A stretch of DNA of 64,000 nt from Deltaproteobacteria bacterium (GCA_040218735.1 JAVJQW010000048.1:1-64000); one strand, 5' to 3'; counted from the stretch's first letter, positions 18,073 through 29,500 are shown. Notes: a model not told the origin generated them from the letters alone. Numbers and translations: made by a program.

Positions 18073-19662
18073 ATGCGCTCGTACCGATCCCTGGCGCGGA
18101 TCGCCCCCGCCCTCGTCCTCGCGCTCGCCGCGTGCTCGTCGGACGATCCCACCGACGCCGACAACGACGGCATCGCCGACGGCGTCCTGGACCCGAACAA
18201 CGTCACCGTCGTCGCCCCGACGCGCCCGCAGGGCTACGTCGCCGGCGAGGTGTGGGACGCCGCCACCGATCGCCCCCTCGGGGAGGCCACCGTCCGCCTG
18301 ATCGGCGGAGGCATCGCGGCCGATCCCGCGACGACGCCCAACACCGGCGCGTTCGAGTTCGGACCGATCGCCGCGGGGGCCGCGTTCTCCGTCGCGATCG
18401 AAAAGGACGGCTACACCACGGCGACCTTCTCCGGCCTCACGATCGACGACGCGGCGGGCAACTTCCCGACGATCAACGGCGCGGTCTACATCGGCCCGGT
18501 CGCCCTGGTGCCGACGACCGGATCGTTCGACGTCCTCGTCGTCTCACGCGACGGCGCGCCCGTGCCCGGTGCGTTGGTCACGGCCGAGTCGGGCCTGTCG
18601 CACCTCGTCGCGGGGAACGCGACGGGCACGGCGCACGCCTCGGCCACCACCGACATGGATGGCCGCGCGAGCATCGCCGGGCTCCCGGACGTCGGCGCGT
18701 TGCCGCCGCGCTTCGCGAACGCGAGCGCGCTGACGCTCCACATCGCGCCGGTGGACCTCGACATGGACGGCGTCCCGGACCTCGACGGCACGACGGTGGT
18801 CGTCAGCGGATCGAACGTCCGCGAGCAGGCGCTCCCGGAGCTCATCGTGCTCGACCCGCCGGGCGACGGGAACCTGCGCATCATCGCGTCGAACGTCTCC
18901 GGCCTCGCGGGCGGCGGCACCACGCCGGCGATCCTCCCCGACGGCGAGCCGGCGCGGGTGGTGTTCTCCGCGCCGATCGATCGCGAGAGCCTGCTCGTCG
19001 ATCTGCGGAACGAGATGGGGATGGTCTCGCTGACGACGTCGTTCGTGGTGAGCGCGCTGGGGAACGTCGTGACGATCACCTCGGCGGACCCGCTGTCGCG
19101 CGGGCACGAGTACAACCTCGCGCTGCGCGTGCAGTCGGTCGACGCCAACCCCCGCCAGATCGTCACGGCGGCGGCGCCGTTCTTCGTGGAGGAGGCGCGG
19201 CAGGAGGCGATCGAGGTCGTCGCGACCTACAACGACGGCAACTCCGACGGGCAGTGGGGCAGCGGGCCGGACGACTTCGTCCTCACGGTGTCGGCGCCGG
19301 TCGGCAGCGCGGGCGCCAACCCGGCGTTCAGGCTCGAGCTGTGGGTCGCGCTGGATCTCAACGGCACGTCCACCGTCGGCGACGCCCCCGGCGAGCTCCC
19401 CGCGCGCGGCGAGCTCCCGGCGCCGCTGGTCGTGCAGGCCAACGAGCCGGTCCCGGGCAACGGCGGGAGCCGCTCCGGGTACACCCGTTTCCTCGCGCCG
19501 GTGCGGATCAACCTGCCCGTCCCGATCGGACAGAACGCGGGCTCGGTCGACTACGAGGTGCGCTTCACGCCGGAGCGGAACGGTGGCCAGTTCATCACCA
19601 CGCCGGGCGGTCGGATGGCCCCCGCGCGGGACACCGGCACCGCCGCACTAACGAGCGGCTGA
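18073..19662 (+). CDS. lipoprotein with carboxypeptidase-regulatory-like and Ig-like beta-sandwich domains
   Basis: Lipobox LALAAC. DADNDGIADG, VAGEVWDAATDRPLGEATV, VVFSAPIDRESL. Confidence 0.7.
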   Translation: MRSYRSLARIAPALVLALAACSSDDPTDADNDGIADGVLDPNNVTVVAPTRPQGYVAGEVWDAATDRPLGEATVRLIGGGIAADPATTPNTGAFEFGPIAAGAAFSVAIEKDGYTTATFSGLTIDDAAGNFPTINGAVYIGPVALVPTTGSFDVLVVSRDGAPVPGALVTAESGLSHLVAGNATGTAHASATTDMDGRASIAGLPDVGALPPRFANASALTLHIAPVDLDMDGVPDLDGTTVVVSGSNVREQALPELIVLDPPGDGNLRIIASNVSGLAGGGTTPAILPDGEPARVVFSAPIDRESLLVDLRNEMGMVSLTTSFVVSALGNVVTITSADPLSRGHEYNLALRVQSVDANPRQIVTAAAPFFVEEARQEAIEVVATYNDGNSDGQWGSGPDDFVLTVSAPVGSAGANPAFRLELWVALDLNGTSTVGDAPGELPARGELPAPLVVQANEPVPGNGGSRSGYTRFLAPVRINLPVPIGQNAGSVDYEVRFTPERNGGQFITTPGGRMAPARDTGTAALTSG

Positions 19663-19663
19663 A

Positions 19664-19942
19664 TCAGCGGGGCCAGTTGGTGCGGAGGACGACGACGTTT
19701 GCGTCCTGCCGGAACGGCGTGACGTGGAAGGTCTTCGTGTCGGACTGCGCGTCCTTCACGATGCGGCAGGCCTTGTACTTGCCGCCGGTCTTGTCCTCGC
19801 GCGCGAACTTCGTGAAGTAGACGACGAGCGAAGCGGCCTTGGCGGACTTCGCCTTCTTGAGGGTGCACGCGGCGGCGACGTGCGGCCACGCGAGGGCCGC
19901 GATCACAGTCGCGGCCAGCAGACATTGACGTCCCCCGAACAT
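19664..19942 (-). CDS. small basic exported hypothetical protein
   Basis: Signal-like N-terminus, typical GC3 codon bias, fills the gap between neighbours. Start uncertain. Confidence 0.55.
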   Translation of the reverse strand: MFGGRQCLLAATVIAALAWPHVAAACTLKKAKSAKAASLVVYFTKFAREDKTGGKYKACRIVKDAQSDTKTFHVTPFRQDANVVVLRTNWPR

Positions 19943-19965
19943 CGTCGTCTCGCGTAGAATACCAC

Positions 19966-20523
19966 GTGGCCTCGGTCGCCCGACAACTCGCGGCCCTCGT
20001 CGGCGTCGCGGTGTGCGCTAGCACACCCGCGTACGCGCAAGACGACGAACCCGGCGGCGCGCGCGGGTACGAGGAGGTCGAGTACGCGGACCCGCCGTCG
20101 CCGTACCGCAACCCGCGCGGGACGATCGCCGCGTCCGGCATCCTCGGCGTCGGCGTCGGCGTCGGCGGCAACACGACGTTCGTCGTCGGTGCCGGCATCG
20201 GCTACGCGTTCATCACGGGCATCCTCGTCGGCGCGCGCGGACAATTGATCGCGGGGGACCTCGTCGGTGGTGAGCTCGCGGGTACACTCACGCTGACGCC
20301 GCCGCTGCCCGGGACCTTCACGCCGTTCCTGCTCGGAGAGTTCGGGCGGCGCTTCGTCGAGGACTTCACGGCGTGGTTCTACGGCATCGGCGGGGGGGTG
20401 TACCTCGGCGAGCCGAGCGCGACGGTGAACCTCCAGCTGGGGTACGTGCACCGGTGGTTCGTGTATGGTTCCGGGACCGTCGACGTCGGGGCGCCGCTGG
20501 TCGGCATCTCGATGCGGTTTTGA
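19966..20523 (+). CDS. putative outer-membrane beta-barrel protein
   Basis: Signal peptide ...PAYA, amphipathic Gly-rich strands, C-terminal Phe (GISMRF). Confidence 0.65.
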   Translation: MASVARQLAALVGVAVCASTPAYAQDDEPGGARGYEEVEYADPPSPYRNPRGTIAASGILGVGVGVGGNTTFVVGAGIGYAFITGILVGARGQLIAGDLVGGELAGTLTLTPPLPGTFTPFLLGEFGRRFVEDFTAWFYGIGGGVYLGEPSATVNLQLGYVHRWFVYGSGTVDVGAPLVGISMRF

Positions 20524-20524
20524 G

Positions 20525-20875
20525 ATGAACCCAGAAATCGGTCGCTATCTCGAGGGCTGGCACCTCGACACGATCAAGATCCTGAAGTCGCTCTACGACA
20601 TGGCGCACGGGCAGGGGCCCGACGTGAAGGTCTGGATCGACGGGCGCGAGCTCGTGTTCACCAAACAGGAGCCACGCACCGATCGCGGCTTCCTCCGGCT
20701 CATCCCCAGCGAGGCCCACGTCATCGTCGCCTTCCCCGCGGGGGACCGTCTCTTCGACCCGCGCAAGCGCCTGAAGGGACCGGCGCGTTCACAGAAGTCG
20801 CTGGTGCTCGGGTACGCCGGGGAGATCGACCTCGACGTCCGCCGCCTGATCGACGCCGCGTACGCCGCCGGCTGA
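20525..20875 (+). CDS. hypothetical protein (YdhG/DUF1801-like)
   Basis: 116 aa from MNPEIGRYL. HVIVAFPAGDRLFDPRKRLKG ... VRRLIDAA pattern. Confidence 0.55.
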   Translation: MNPEIGRYLEGWHLDTIKILKSLYDMAHGQGPDVKVWIDGRELVFTKQEPRTDRGFLRLIPSEAHVIVAFPAGDRLFDPRKRLKGPARSQKSLVLGYAGEIDLDVRRLIDAAYAAG

Positions 20876-20929
20876 CGCGCTTCGAAAAATCGCGCAACGC
20901 ACGCCCCGCGTCACCGATAATACGAACCG

Positions 20930-22252
20930 ATGACGCGATCATGGGGAGGCTTGTACTTCGGCCTGCTGCTCACGATCGCGGCGTGCGGCGGTGACGGCTT
21001 CGGAGAGTTCTCCGGGCGCCTCGGTCCGATCGGCTACAGCGACGGTCGCGGCGCGGTGCGCATCGACTACCTCCGCGACCGAACGCTCAACGTCGACTGC
21101 ACCGTGCGGGAGGACGAGACGGGTCAGCTCCGCTGCCTCCCGCGCCACGTCGTGTACCCGTACGCGCTCGGCGACGACTGCGACGAACCCGTGATCACCT
21201 TCCGCGGTGAAGAACGGCCGCGCTTCGTCACGGTCCTCACGGAGCTCGGCGCGGTGCCGCACGAATTCGGCGAGGCGTACGACGGACCAACAGGGGACTG
21301 CATCGCGCCCGGGGGCGGGCTCGCGCCGGAACCGCCGCTCTTTCGCATCGCGCGCTCGGAGCCGCGACTGTTCGCGGAGGTGAGCGCCGAACGCACGCAG
21401 GTGGCGCCGGACCTCGATCGAATCACCCACGTCGCGGACGACGGTTCGCGTGCGTTCGGTGACCTTGAAGATCGGCGATGGGGGCGGTCATGTCGTCCGC
21501 AGGCGGTGGGCGGCGCGCTGTACTGCGGACCGTCCGCCTACGGCCAGGTGTCCGGTTATACCGACGCACAGTGCGCGTCCGAGTCCGTGGCGCTGTCGTT
21601 TTCGTCGCTCTACCGGCAGCCGGTGCACGTCTGGGCGGCGCCCCAGATCTGCGCGCTGCCCACGCTCTACGAGGTCGACCCGTGGCCGGACGGCGCGACG
21701 CTGTACGCCGATACGTTGACGTCGACATCCTGCGAAGCGCGGGAGCCGCCGTCGCAGCTGGTGACCGCGCGGGCGCGTGCGATCGATCCGGCGTTGGTGC
21801 TGCCGTCGCTGAGTGAGGTCGAGGAAGGCGAAGGGCGACTCGCCGCGCGGCAGGTCGCGTACGACGGGCAGGTGTTGGAGCGCGTCTCCACCACGTTCTT
21901 CGATCGCGAGCTCGGGGTGGTGTGCTCGCCGCTTCGCACCGATGACGGCGTCGTCTGCTTCCCGAGTCACCTCCCGATCGAGATGGGTGTGTTTCGCGAC
22001 GCCGCGTGCACGCAGCCGATCCGGATCGTACCGAGGTACGAGAGTCGTGCGGTGCGGTTCGCGACGGACGGTGACGGCGACCTGTATCGCGTCACGGACG
22101 AGGTCGTGGACGAGGTCTTCATCGCCGTCCTCGACAACTGCGGCGGCATCACTTTTTCGTCGCCGTGCAGTCGCTGGTCCGTCGTCGGCGACAAGGTCGA
22201 TCTCGATCTCGCCGAGATGTCGTTCGGGCCGATCGCACCGTTCGGGGACTGA
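20930..22252 (+). CDS. Cys-rich repeat lipoprotein (paralog 1)
   Basis: Lipobox TIAAC. Three DR-x4-5-C-x9-11-C-x-P modules. Confidence 0.75.
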   Translation: MTRSWGGLYFGLLLTIAACGGDGFGEFSGRLGPIGYSDGRGAVRIDYLRDRTLNVDCTVREDETGQLRCLPRHVVYPYALGDDCDEPVITFRGEERPRFVTVLTELGAVPHEFGEAYDGPTGDCIAPGGGLAPEPPLFRIARSEPRLFAEVSAERTQVAPDLDRITHVADDGSRAFGDLEDRRWGRSCRPQAVGGALYCGPSAYGQVSGYTDAQCASESVALSFSSLYRQPVHVWAAPQICALPTLYEVDPWPDGATLYADTLTSTSCEAREPPSQLVTARARAIDPALVLPSLSEVEEGEGRLAARQVAYDGQVLERVSTTFFDRELGVVCSPLRTDDGVVCFPSHLPIEMGVFRDAACTQPIRIVPRYESRAVRFATDGDGDLYRVTDEVVDEVFIAVLDNCGGITFSSPCSRWSVVGDKVDLDLAEMSFGPIAPFGD

Positions 22253-22259
22253 GGAGCTG

Positions 22260-23627
22260 ATGATGCGTCGACTGATTCCATTGAGTATCTTCATGGCGCT
22301 GGCGGCCTGCGCCAACGAGGTCGACGAGCTCGAAGAGGGTCGCCTCGGTCACGTCGCATACCTCGACGGCGAGGGGGCCGTTCAGCTTCAGGGGCTCTAC
22401 GATCGTGAGCTCTCGATGCAGTGCGCCGCACGTGAGGATCGCGACGGCGTCCTGCGCTGCCTGCCGCTGCTCTCGCTCGGTCCGGTCTTTGCGGATGCGG
22501 CGTGCGCCGAGCCGCTCCTCGTGCTGCACGAGGCCGACCCGGCGCCTTACATCGGCGTCGGCGAAGCGCTGTACGAGGTCGGCGAGCGCTTCGAAGGGAT
22601 CACGTACGCCAAGCGGGGGGAGCGTTGCGACGTCGTCGCGGGGCCCCTCGAGAACCTCGTCGGCCTGACGACGCCCCGGGGGCCGCCTGGCGTCTACGGC
22701 TCTCCGCTCGTGGCCCGCAGGGGGACCACAGTCGAGCCGGAGCGCTTCGCGCGAATCACCCGCGAGCGTCGGGACGTCTCCGACCGCTTGACGCGGCTTC
22801 GTTACGTCGCCGAGGACGGGTCGAAGGCCTTCGCCGGGATCGAGGATCGAACGTGGCAGCGGACCTGCGCGATGCTCGACGCCAACGGCCGCGCGTATTG
22901 CGGTCCCGGATCGATCGCCCACGCGGCGCACTTCGGCGACGCGACCTGCACGGAGGATCCGCTCTGGTCCGTCCAGACGTACCTCGGTGATACGGAGCAT
23001 GCGTGGGCGAGCCTCGATTCGTGCGCGCCGATCCGCTTGCTGGAGCTCGGCGCGGCGGTGGAGACGGAGTCGGTATTCCGACGTGTCGGGCTCGACGGCC
23101 GGTGCGCCGAGGTGCCGCCGCCGTATCCGTTGGTCCACGCGACCGTGGTCGATCCCGACGCGGTGCTCCCGGTGTTGTCGCTCGTCGAGGAAGGGGAGGG
23201 GCGCCTCGCCGCGCGTCACCCGTCGGTCGATGGCTTCGGCGTCATCGAGCGCTACGGCCACACGCTCTACGATCGTGAAGGGGCGTTCGAGTGCACCCCG
23301 ACGGTGCTCGACGGCGCCGTGGTGTGCGCGCCGCTGCTCACGGGGCCCGTGCGCATGGCGTATCGCGACGCGGCGTGCACGGACCCGGTGCCGGTCGGTT
23401 GGCGGACGATGCGCTCGACCGCCCGTCACGTCCAGGACGACGAGGGCGTGATCTTCGAGCTCACCGACGAGACGCCCGCACAGCTCTACGTCGAAGGGCC
23501 ATCGGGGTGTCGGGACGCGTTGAACGACCAACCGATCGGAGCCGGCTGCGGTCAGTTCTACGAGGTCGGCGAGCGGCTCGCGATCGAGCTCGCTCCGCTG
23601 CGCTACGACGTCATCGTGCTCGACTAA
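22260..23627 (+). CDS. Cys-rich repeat lipoprotein (paralog 2)
   Basis: SD gaggag, lipobox ALAAC. Same three modules; shares EEGEGRLAAR with the upstream gene. Confidence 0.75.
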   Translation: MMRRLIPLSIFMALAACANEVDELEEGRLGHVAYLDGEGAVQLQGLYDRELSMQCAAREDRDGVLRCLPLLSLGPVFADAACAEPLLVLHEADPAPYIGVGEALYEVGERFEGITYAKRGERCDVVAGPLENLVGLTTPRGPPGVYGSPLVARRGTTVEPERFARITRERRDVSDRLTRLRYVAEDGSKAFAGIEDRTWQRTCAMLDANGRAYCGPGSIAHAAHFGDATCTEDPLWSVQTYLGDTEHAWASLDSCAPIRLLELGAAVETESVFRRVGLDGRCAEVPPPYPLVHATVVDPDAVLPVLSLVEEGEGRLAARHPSVDGFGVIERYGHTLYDREGAFECTPTVLDGAVVCAPLLTGPVRMAYRDAACTDPVPVGWRTMRSTARHVQDDEGVIFELTDETPAQLYVEGPSGCRDALNDQPIGAGCGQFYEVGERLAIELAPLRYDVIVLD

Positions 23628-24091
23628 GAGTCCGGGTCGGCTTCCCAGAACTCCTGCACGATCAGGCGCGGCGGGTGTTGGTTCTCGAGGCGCCCGCGGA
23701 TCACGTAGGTCTTGTCGAGGTCGAAGGGGTGACACTCGACCTCGTTCAGCGGGCCCTTGCACCGGATGTCCTGCCCGGCGTGGGCGCCGGCGAGGATCAT
23801 CGGCCAGTCGTCGAGGCCTTCTTCCTTGGTCTTCAGCGCGGTGTCGACGACGACCGGGCCGCGGCAGTACTGGCAGTCGCCGCAGTAGGTCTTGAACTCG
23901 CCCTGCTCGCCGACGCGGCAGCGTGCGCCGCTCCTCAGCTTCGTCTTGAACGTCACCCGCTTGCCGAGGTGGCGATCGAGGTTCGCGAGGATGTCGTCCG
24001 CGGTCGGGACGTCGTCCGTCTTGCAACCGGTCAGCGCGACCGCGCCGAGGAACAGGATTGTCGAAAGCAGAGGGAGTGCTCGCATCGTCAT
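23624..24091 (-). CDS. small Cys-rich lipoprotein
   Basis: Lipobox ALTGC. CGDCQYC cluster plus three further Cys. SD gaagga. Confidence 0.7.
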   Translation of the reverse strand: MTMRALPLLSTILFLGAVALTGCKTDDVPTADDILANLDRHLGKRVTFKTKLRSGARCRVGEQGEFKTYCGDCQYCRGPVVVDTALKTKEEGLDDWPMILAGAHAGQDIRCKGPLNEVECHPFDLDKTYVIRGRLENQHPPRLIVQEFWEADPDS

Positions 24092-24738
24092 CTTCCTTCG
24101 TGGGGCATCAACCACGCAGAGGCCTTGGATCGTCCCCAGTCGGGGTTCGCGATCGGACCTTCGATCTCACATTCGAGGTACAGGTGCTCGTCGCCGTCGT
24201 AGACGTGGCGTCCCACGCGGCGGCGGCCTGCGCCTTCCAGGTGTTGGGGTGGGTTCACCGTGCGAATCCCCTCGGGGACGGTCGCGGCGGCGGGGACGTC
24301 GAGCACGTACAACGACAGGAACTTCTGCTCGCGCGTGATGAACAGATCGATCATGCGCGGCTCGGGCATCGTTCCGTCGAAGCGCACCGGCTCGGCCGCC
24401 TTGCGCACCGCGAGCCGCGCGGTCACGCGCGCCTTCATGTACCCCTCGGCGATGTGGTGGTGATCCGTCGCGCGGCCCACGCCGAGCACGACCGTCCGAT
24501 CCCCGAACCGGTACACGCCGGCGGAGAGCGCGTGCCACCACGGGAGCTCGCCACGCTCGACCGGATCCGCCGAGGGCTCCGTGGGCGTCTCCACGGCGGG
24601 CGGTGGCTGCGACGCGCGGATCGCCTCCGCCATCGCGGGCGGCGGTGCGGCGGGGGGCGCAGCGGGCGGCGGCGCGGTGGTGCACCCCACGGCGCACCCC
24701 GCGAACATCACGCTGACCTCGAAGCGACCCAACGGCAT
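24088..24738 (-). CDS. hypothetical lipoprotein with Pro/Ala linker
   Basis: C-terminal part of track ORF 24088..25599. AVGC lipobox, coupled to both neighbours. Confidence 0.55.
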   Translation of the reverse strand: MPLGRFEVSVMFAGCAVGCTTAPPPAAPPAAPPPAMAEAIRASQPPPAVETPTEPSADPVERGELPWWHALSAGVYRFGDRTVVLGVGRATDHHHIAEGYMKARVTARLAVRKAAEPVRFDGTMPEPRMIDLFITREQKFLSLYVLDVPAAATVPEGIRTVNPPQHLEGAGRRRVGRHVYDGDEHLYLECEIEGPIANPDWGRSKASAWLMPHEGR

Positions 24739-25949
24739 CAGGACCCGAACTTCATCCTGCCGAAGCGCACGACGTTGTGAAAGTCGCCGATCCGCGGAGG
24801 GGACCACGCCGAGTACTCCCCGAGGACCTTCCCGTCCTTGCGGTACTTCTCGATCCGAAAGGCGTTCATCCGCCACTCGTCGCCGGGTTTGGGGGCGGCC
24901 TTCACGCCGCGGATGTTGGTGAACGGCACCTTCCACTCCACCGTCCAACCGCGGTCCGGCGCCGGATCGTTCAGGGTGCCGTCGATCGTGGTGGCGATCG
25001 TCTGCCCCGCGTCGAACTTCGTGTTCATCCCGATGCGGCGCCCATCGAACGACGCATCGAAGATGACGCCGCCCGGCGAGGACTGCAGCTCCACGTACGG
25101 GCCGAGCGCGGGTGCGGTGACGTTCGGCATCAAGAACAGCTCGACCGTCTCGTGCTCGTAGATCGGATCGTCGCGCTGCCGGTACCGCTCCGTGACGTCG
25201 TGGTCGACGTTCTCGAAGGCGACGTAGAGGTTGTCGTCGTCGTAGAGCAGCCTCAGCTTCGTGCCGAAGCGGATCGCCTGGCCCTGCCCGAGCGTGTCTT
25301 CCGTCGTGAGGATCTGCGCCTGCTTCCACGTCGCCTCGTCCAGCTTGCCGTCGATCGTGATCGGACCCGTCGCGCGCGCGACCGTCGTCGTCGGCAGGTC
25401 GTCCACGGGGGACTTCCCGCCGAGCCGGATCGTCGCGGCACGGATGCGGTTCCGCCCGTCGGAGCCCCCGGTCGGGGCCTCGACCGACATGCGCGCCTTG
25501 CCTTTGTACAGACCCACGAACAGCTCCAAAGTTCCCGTCCCGACGTCTTCGGGGATCGCGACGCGGTGGGGGTCGGCCCAGATGTCCCCGGCCTTCCACG
25601 TGTTCGTGGGGACGCGGCCCGCGACCGGCGCGTGATCCGCGACGAGCGCCCGGCCGCCGCCGCCCGGGAGGTCCCCGTGCACGAAGACGTCGTAGCTGCC
25701 CACGAGCGGTCGCACCGTGGAGAAGTAGTGGGTGATGGTGACGACCGATCCGCGCTCGGGGCTGACCGGCTCGACGTCCATACCTAGATAGCGGAGCTCA
25801 CCCGTGCCGTCCGGCTCGTGGAGCACCGCCGCGGAGGGGAACTGCGGCGAGACCTCCTGGCGTCGGAACTGCTCGGCGTTGGCGCCCGGATCGCTCTTCG
25901 ACTTGCACCCGAGCGCGAACAAAACGGTGAAAAGGATGAGCCGCCGCAT
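24738..25949 (-). CDS. lipoprotein with carbohydrate-binding family 9-like (DOMON-like) domain
   Basis: Lipobox FALGC. ITIDGKLDEATW, LLYDDDNLYVAF, WTVEWKVPF, WRMNAFR. Confidence 0.8.
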   Translation of the reverse strand: MRRLILFTVLFALGCKSKSDPGANAEQFRRQEVSPQFPSAAVLHEPDGTGELRYLGMDVEPVSPERGSVVTITHYFSTVRPLVGSYDVFVHGDLPGGGGRALVADHAPVAGRVPTNTWKAGDIWADPHRVAIPEDVGTGTLELFVGLYKGKARMSVEAPTGGSDGRNRIRAATIRLGGKSPVDDLPTTTVARATGPITIDGKLDEATWKQAQILTTEDTLGQGQAIRFGTKLRLLYDDDNLYVAFENVDHDVTERYRQRDDPIYEHETVELFLMPNVTAPALGPYVELQSSPGGVIFDASFDGRRIGMNTKFDAGQTIATTIDGTLNDPAPDRGWTVEWKVPFTNIRGVKAAPKPGDEWRMNAFRIEKYRKDGKVLGEYSAWSPPRIGDFHNVVRFGRMKFGS

Positions 25950-26090
25950 GGAGTTCTGGCCTCCCATACTAGAGAGCCCAGGTGAAGCGTCGGATGAAGG
26001 TAGGCGCGTCGGACACACGTCCGAGGACAACCTACCGTCCGGATCGCCATGATGACGTCACTCGACCGTTCACGATCGGACCGTGCGCCA

Positions 26091-26206
26091 CGTTACGAAA
26101 GTAACGATCGGATGGAGGCGCGTGTCGGGTGATGAACGATCGGGTGGTCTAGGTCGGCTAAAGCATAATGGTTGTGACGGCAGGCACTGCGGGTACGGTT
26201 ACTGCT
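26091..26206 (+). promoter_or_regulatory. candidate sigma54 promoter with upstream palindromic activator site
   Basis: CGGGTACGGTTACTGCT (GG-N10-GC) at 26190-26206, and perfect palindrome CGTTAC-GAAA-GTAACG at 26091-26106. Confidence 0.35.
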
Positions 26207-26505
26207 ATGTCGGCAGAGTCCCGATCGGGCTGTGACGGCAGGTCCAGGTCGATCAGGGTTTGTTCGAGGAGTCTCTGCCCGATGGCCCGCACGCCAACGT
26301 TACATCGACACGTGTCCTCCGTACGGGAGGCGCGATCGCGTCGTGGTGCGTCGGACGAAGATTTTGCTGGACGACCTCGAACGGTTCCCGCAAACGGGAG
26401 CACTCGATCTCTAGTTCCTTCAACCGTCCCATGCGCGCCTTTTATGCCGCGAACGGGAACGAAGCCGAGGAACCGTAGGTGAGCAACATGAACGGAGGAC
26501 GTGGA

Positions 26506-29500
26506 ATGAAGGTAAGGAATGCCGGTGGGCAGTTCCTGACGATCCTTGGCGCAGCGGCGACCGTGGCGTTGGGTAGCGCGGGTTGTGATCCCCGCAACGA
26601 CGACATCAACCGGGTGCAGCCGGGCTACGTGCGGAAGGCCATCTTCCAGACGGAAGACGAGTGGCACTACCAGCGCGCAATCACGCACGCCGAGACGACC
26701 AACGCCTACGTCATCGAAGGCCTCGGCGACTGGTTCGTGGATCGCGTCAAGTTCAAGATCCAAGAGAACGTCCTGATCGCCTACAAGCCCTACGAGCCGA
26801 TCCCCGGCGCGGGCTACCAGGAGCTCGAGGGCAACGAGTTCTACGAAGGGCCGATCCTCGCCGCGTGGCCGATCGTCAGCCACTTCGACATCATCCGCGG
26901 CTACGATCCGGCGACGAACCTGAACACGAACGTGATTCAGGAGAACACGACGGATCAGGTGTGGCACGAGCGCGAGTACATGCGCGTCAACTGGGCCACC
27001 AACCTCGTCGAGTACAGCCCGTTCACGTTCTGGGCGGACTACACGCTCGCGTGGTTCCCGGTGAGCATCGTCGCGGACGGTGGCTTCTGGACGAACCTCG
27101 AGACGCGTCCGACCGACCCCCACGCTGCGCGCTTCTCCGACGACTACGTCGAGTACAGCCTCAGCGCGTTCGTCGGGATGGACGTGTGGACCTGCTACCA
27201 GTTCACCGGATACTCGATCGTCGCCGGTCTGGACGGCTGCGGGTTCGGCGAGGCCAAGGTGCGCTACAGCTTCGTGCGCATCAAGGAGCCGAGCGACTAC
27301 ATCCCGCGCGACTATCCGGACTCGGTCGTCCGCAAGGGCCCCGACGGCGAGCCGATCTACGACGCCGAGACGGGCGAGGTCGTGCGTGAGTCGATCTACA
27401 ACCGGTTCGGCTTCTTCCGCACCGAGACCCCGACCTACGACCGTGGTTACGGCCACACCGAGTCGGGCCGCCTCTTCCGCGCGATGAACTTCCCGCTCTG
27501 GAAGAAGCACCTCGACGACGCGGGCAACCCGATCCCGATGGCGCAGCGTGAGCCGAAGCCCATCATCTACTACCTCAACGCCGAGTACCCGGAGCGCTAC
27601 AAGCGCGCCGCGTTCGAGTCGGGCGCGGACTACAACCGCATCTTCTCGAACATGGTCGCCGACCTGAAGGGCGTCAGCTTCGACGACATCCAGGCGATGA
27701 CCGCGGACGGCTCCGGCAACCAGGGCATGTTCCAGATCCGGCAGAACGACTGCAACGAGGACAACATCGTCGCGTTCGTCTCCGAGAACCCGGACCTCCT
27801 CTTCGCGGTCGAGCGTGCGGTCTGCACCGGCGACACGCCCTGCGCGATCAACAACGTCGATGACGTCCGCACCAAGGTCGGCCTCGGCAACCTGCGCGTG
27901 ACGTGCACCTCGCTCGAGGCGGCGACGATCGACCCGATGACGGGCGACTCGGCGTTCTCCTGGCAGCGCCACGGCGACGGCCGCTACAGCATGCTCGTCT
28001 GGCTCAACAACCCGCAGCGCTCCGGCTGGGGTGGTCTCGGCCTCGGTCACGCCGACGCGCGCACCGGCGAGACGGTCAACGCGCACGCGCTCATCCGCGG
28101 CGTCTACTACGAGATCGGCGCGGCCCGCGTCCTCGACTACATCGACTACATCAACGGCGAGACGACGGCCGAGGACATCATCTACGGTCAGAGCATCCGT
28201 AAGTCGGTGCAGCGCGCCGTCGACGACTACAACCGCATCTCGAACCTGCAGGCGAGCCAGACCGCGCTCAACCTGATCGACGGTCGCCTCCGCCAGTTCG
28301 GCAGCACGCCGGAAGAGCGCCTCCGCGAGGACCCGGCGCCGAACCACCAGCGGACGCGCCTGGAGAAGATCCACGGCACGCGCCTCGAGGAGAAGCTCCT
28401 CAACTGGCAGGACATCTCGCTCGCGTCCGAGGGCATGTGGAACCACCCCGACCAGGGTGCGCTCGACCAGGTCATTCCGGACTCGAACTTCGAGGCCACC
28501 CAGCGCAGCCTGCGGAGCGAGATCCTCCGCCGCGCCTCGCCGGCCGGCCGCATCGAGCAGCTCGATCCGCTGTCGAACCAGAACCTGCACCGCACGCGCG
28601 CGCTCGGCTCGACCGGCCTGTGCTTCCTCGAGAACGACGTCGACCCGCACTGGGCCGGCCTCGCCATCGAGCTGTCGCGTGAGCCGGACCGCGCGGTTCG
28701 CTTCCAGAAGATCGCCGACCGGCTGATCAAGCACGTGATCCTGCACGAGATCGGGCACAACCTCGGCCTCGCGCACAACTTCGAGGGCACGTACGACGCG
28801 CTCAACTACCACGACAACTTCTGGAAGCTCGCGTGGTCGAGCCCGGCCGAGAAGGACCTCGGGGCGTTCGACGAGTACCGGCACACGACGGTCATGGAGT
28901 ACATGAGCGCGAAGGGCCTGTTCGCCGACTTCCTCGGCAAGTACGACGAGGCGGCGCTCCGCTTCGCCTACGCGAACCAGGTTGCGGTCTTCAACAACGC
29001 GCAGGTCGATCCGGACCTGCAGGGTGGCGAGGCGCTCCGCGAGTGGCGGTACCGCAACGACTACATGAAGATCCCGGACCACATCTGCGACAACTGCACG
29101 ACGACGTCGGCGCGCCAGGAGGTCCTCGCGGACCGCGCGTGGGTCGAGTTCGATCCGCAGAACCCGCCGCAGTACGAGATCCCCTTCCTGTTCTGCGACA
29201 ACTACTACAACCGCATGACGCCGTTCTGCTCGACGTTCGACTACGGCTCCAACATGCGCGAGATCTTCGCGAACTATAAGCAGATGTGGTCGGGCTACTT
29301 CCTGTTCAACAACTTCGGTCGCGACCGCCTCGCGCCCTTCGGTTGGAACATCGGGAGCGCCATCACCACCATCATCTGGCCGATGCTCTTCACGGCGACG
29401 CTGTCGCAGTACTACTACTACCTCGACGCGATCGCGCCGAACGAGTTCGCCTCGTGGGACCTCAAGGCCGACATGTTCGCGGCGCTGGGTAGTGGTCTGA

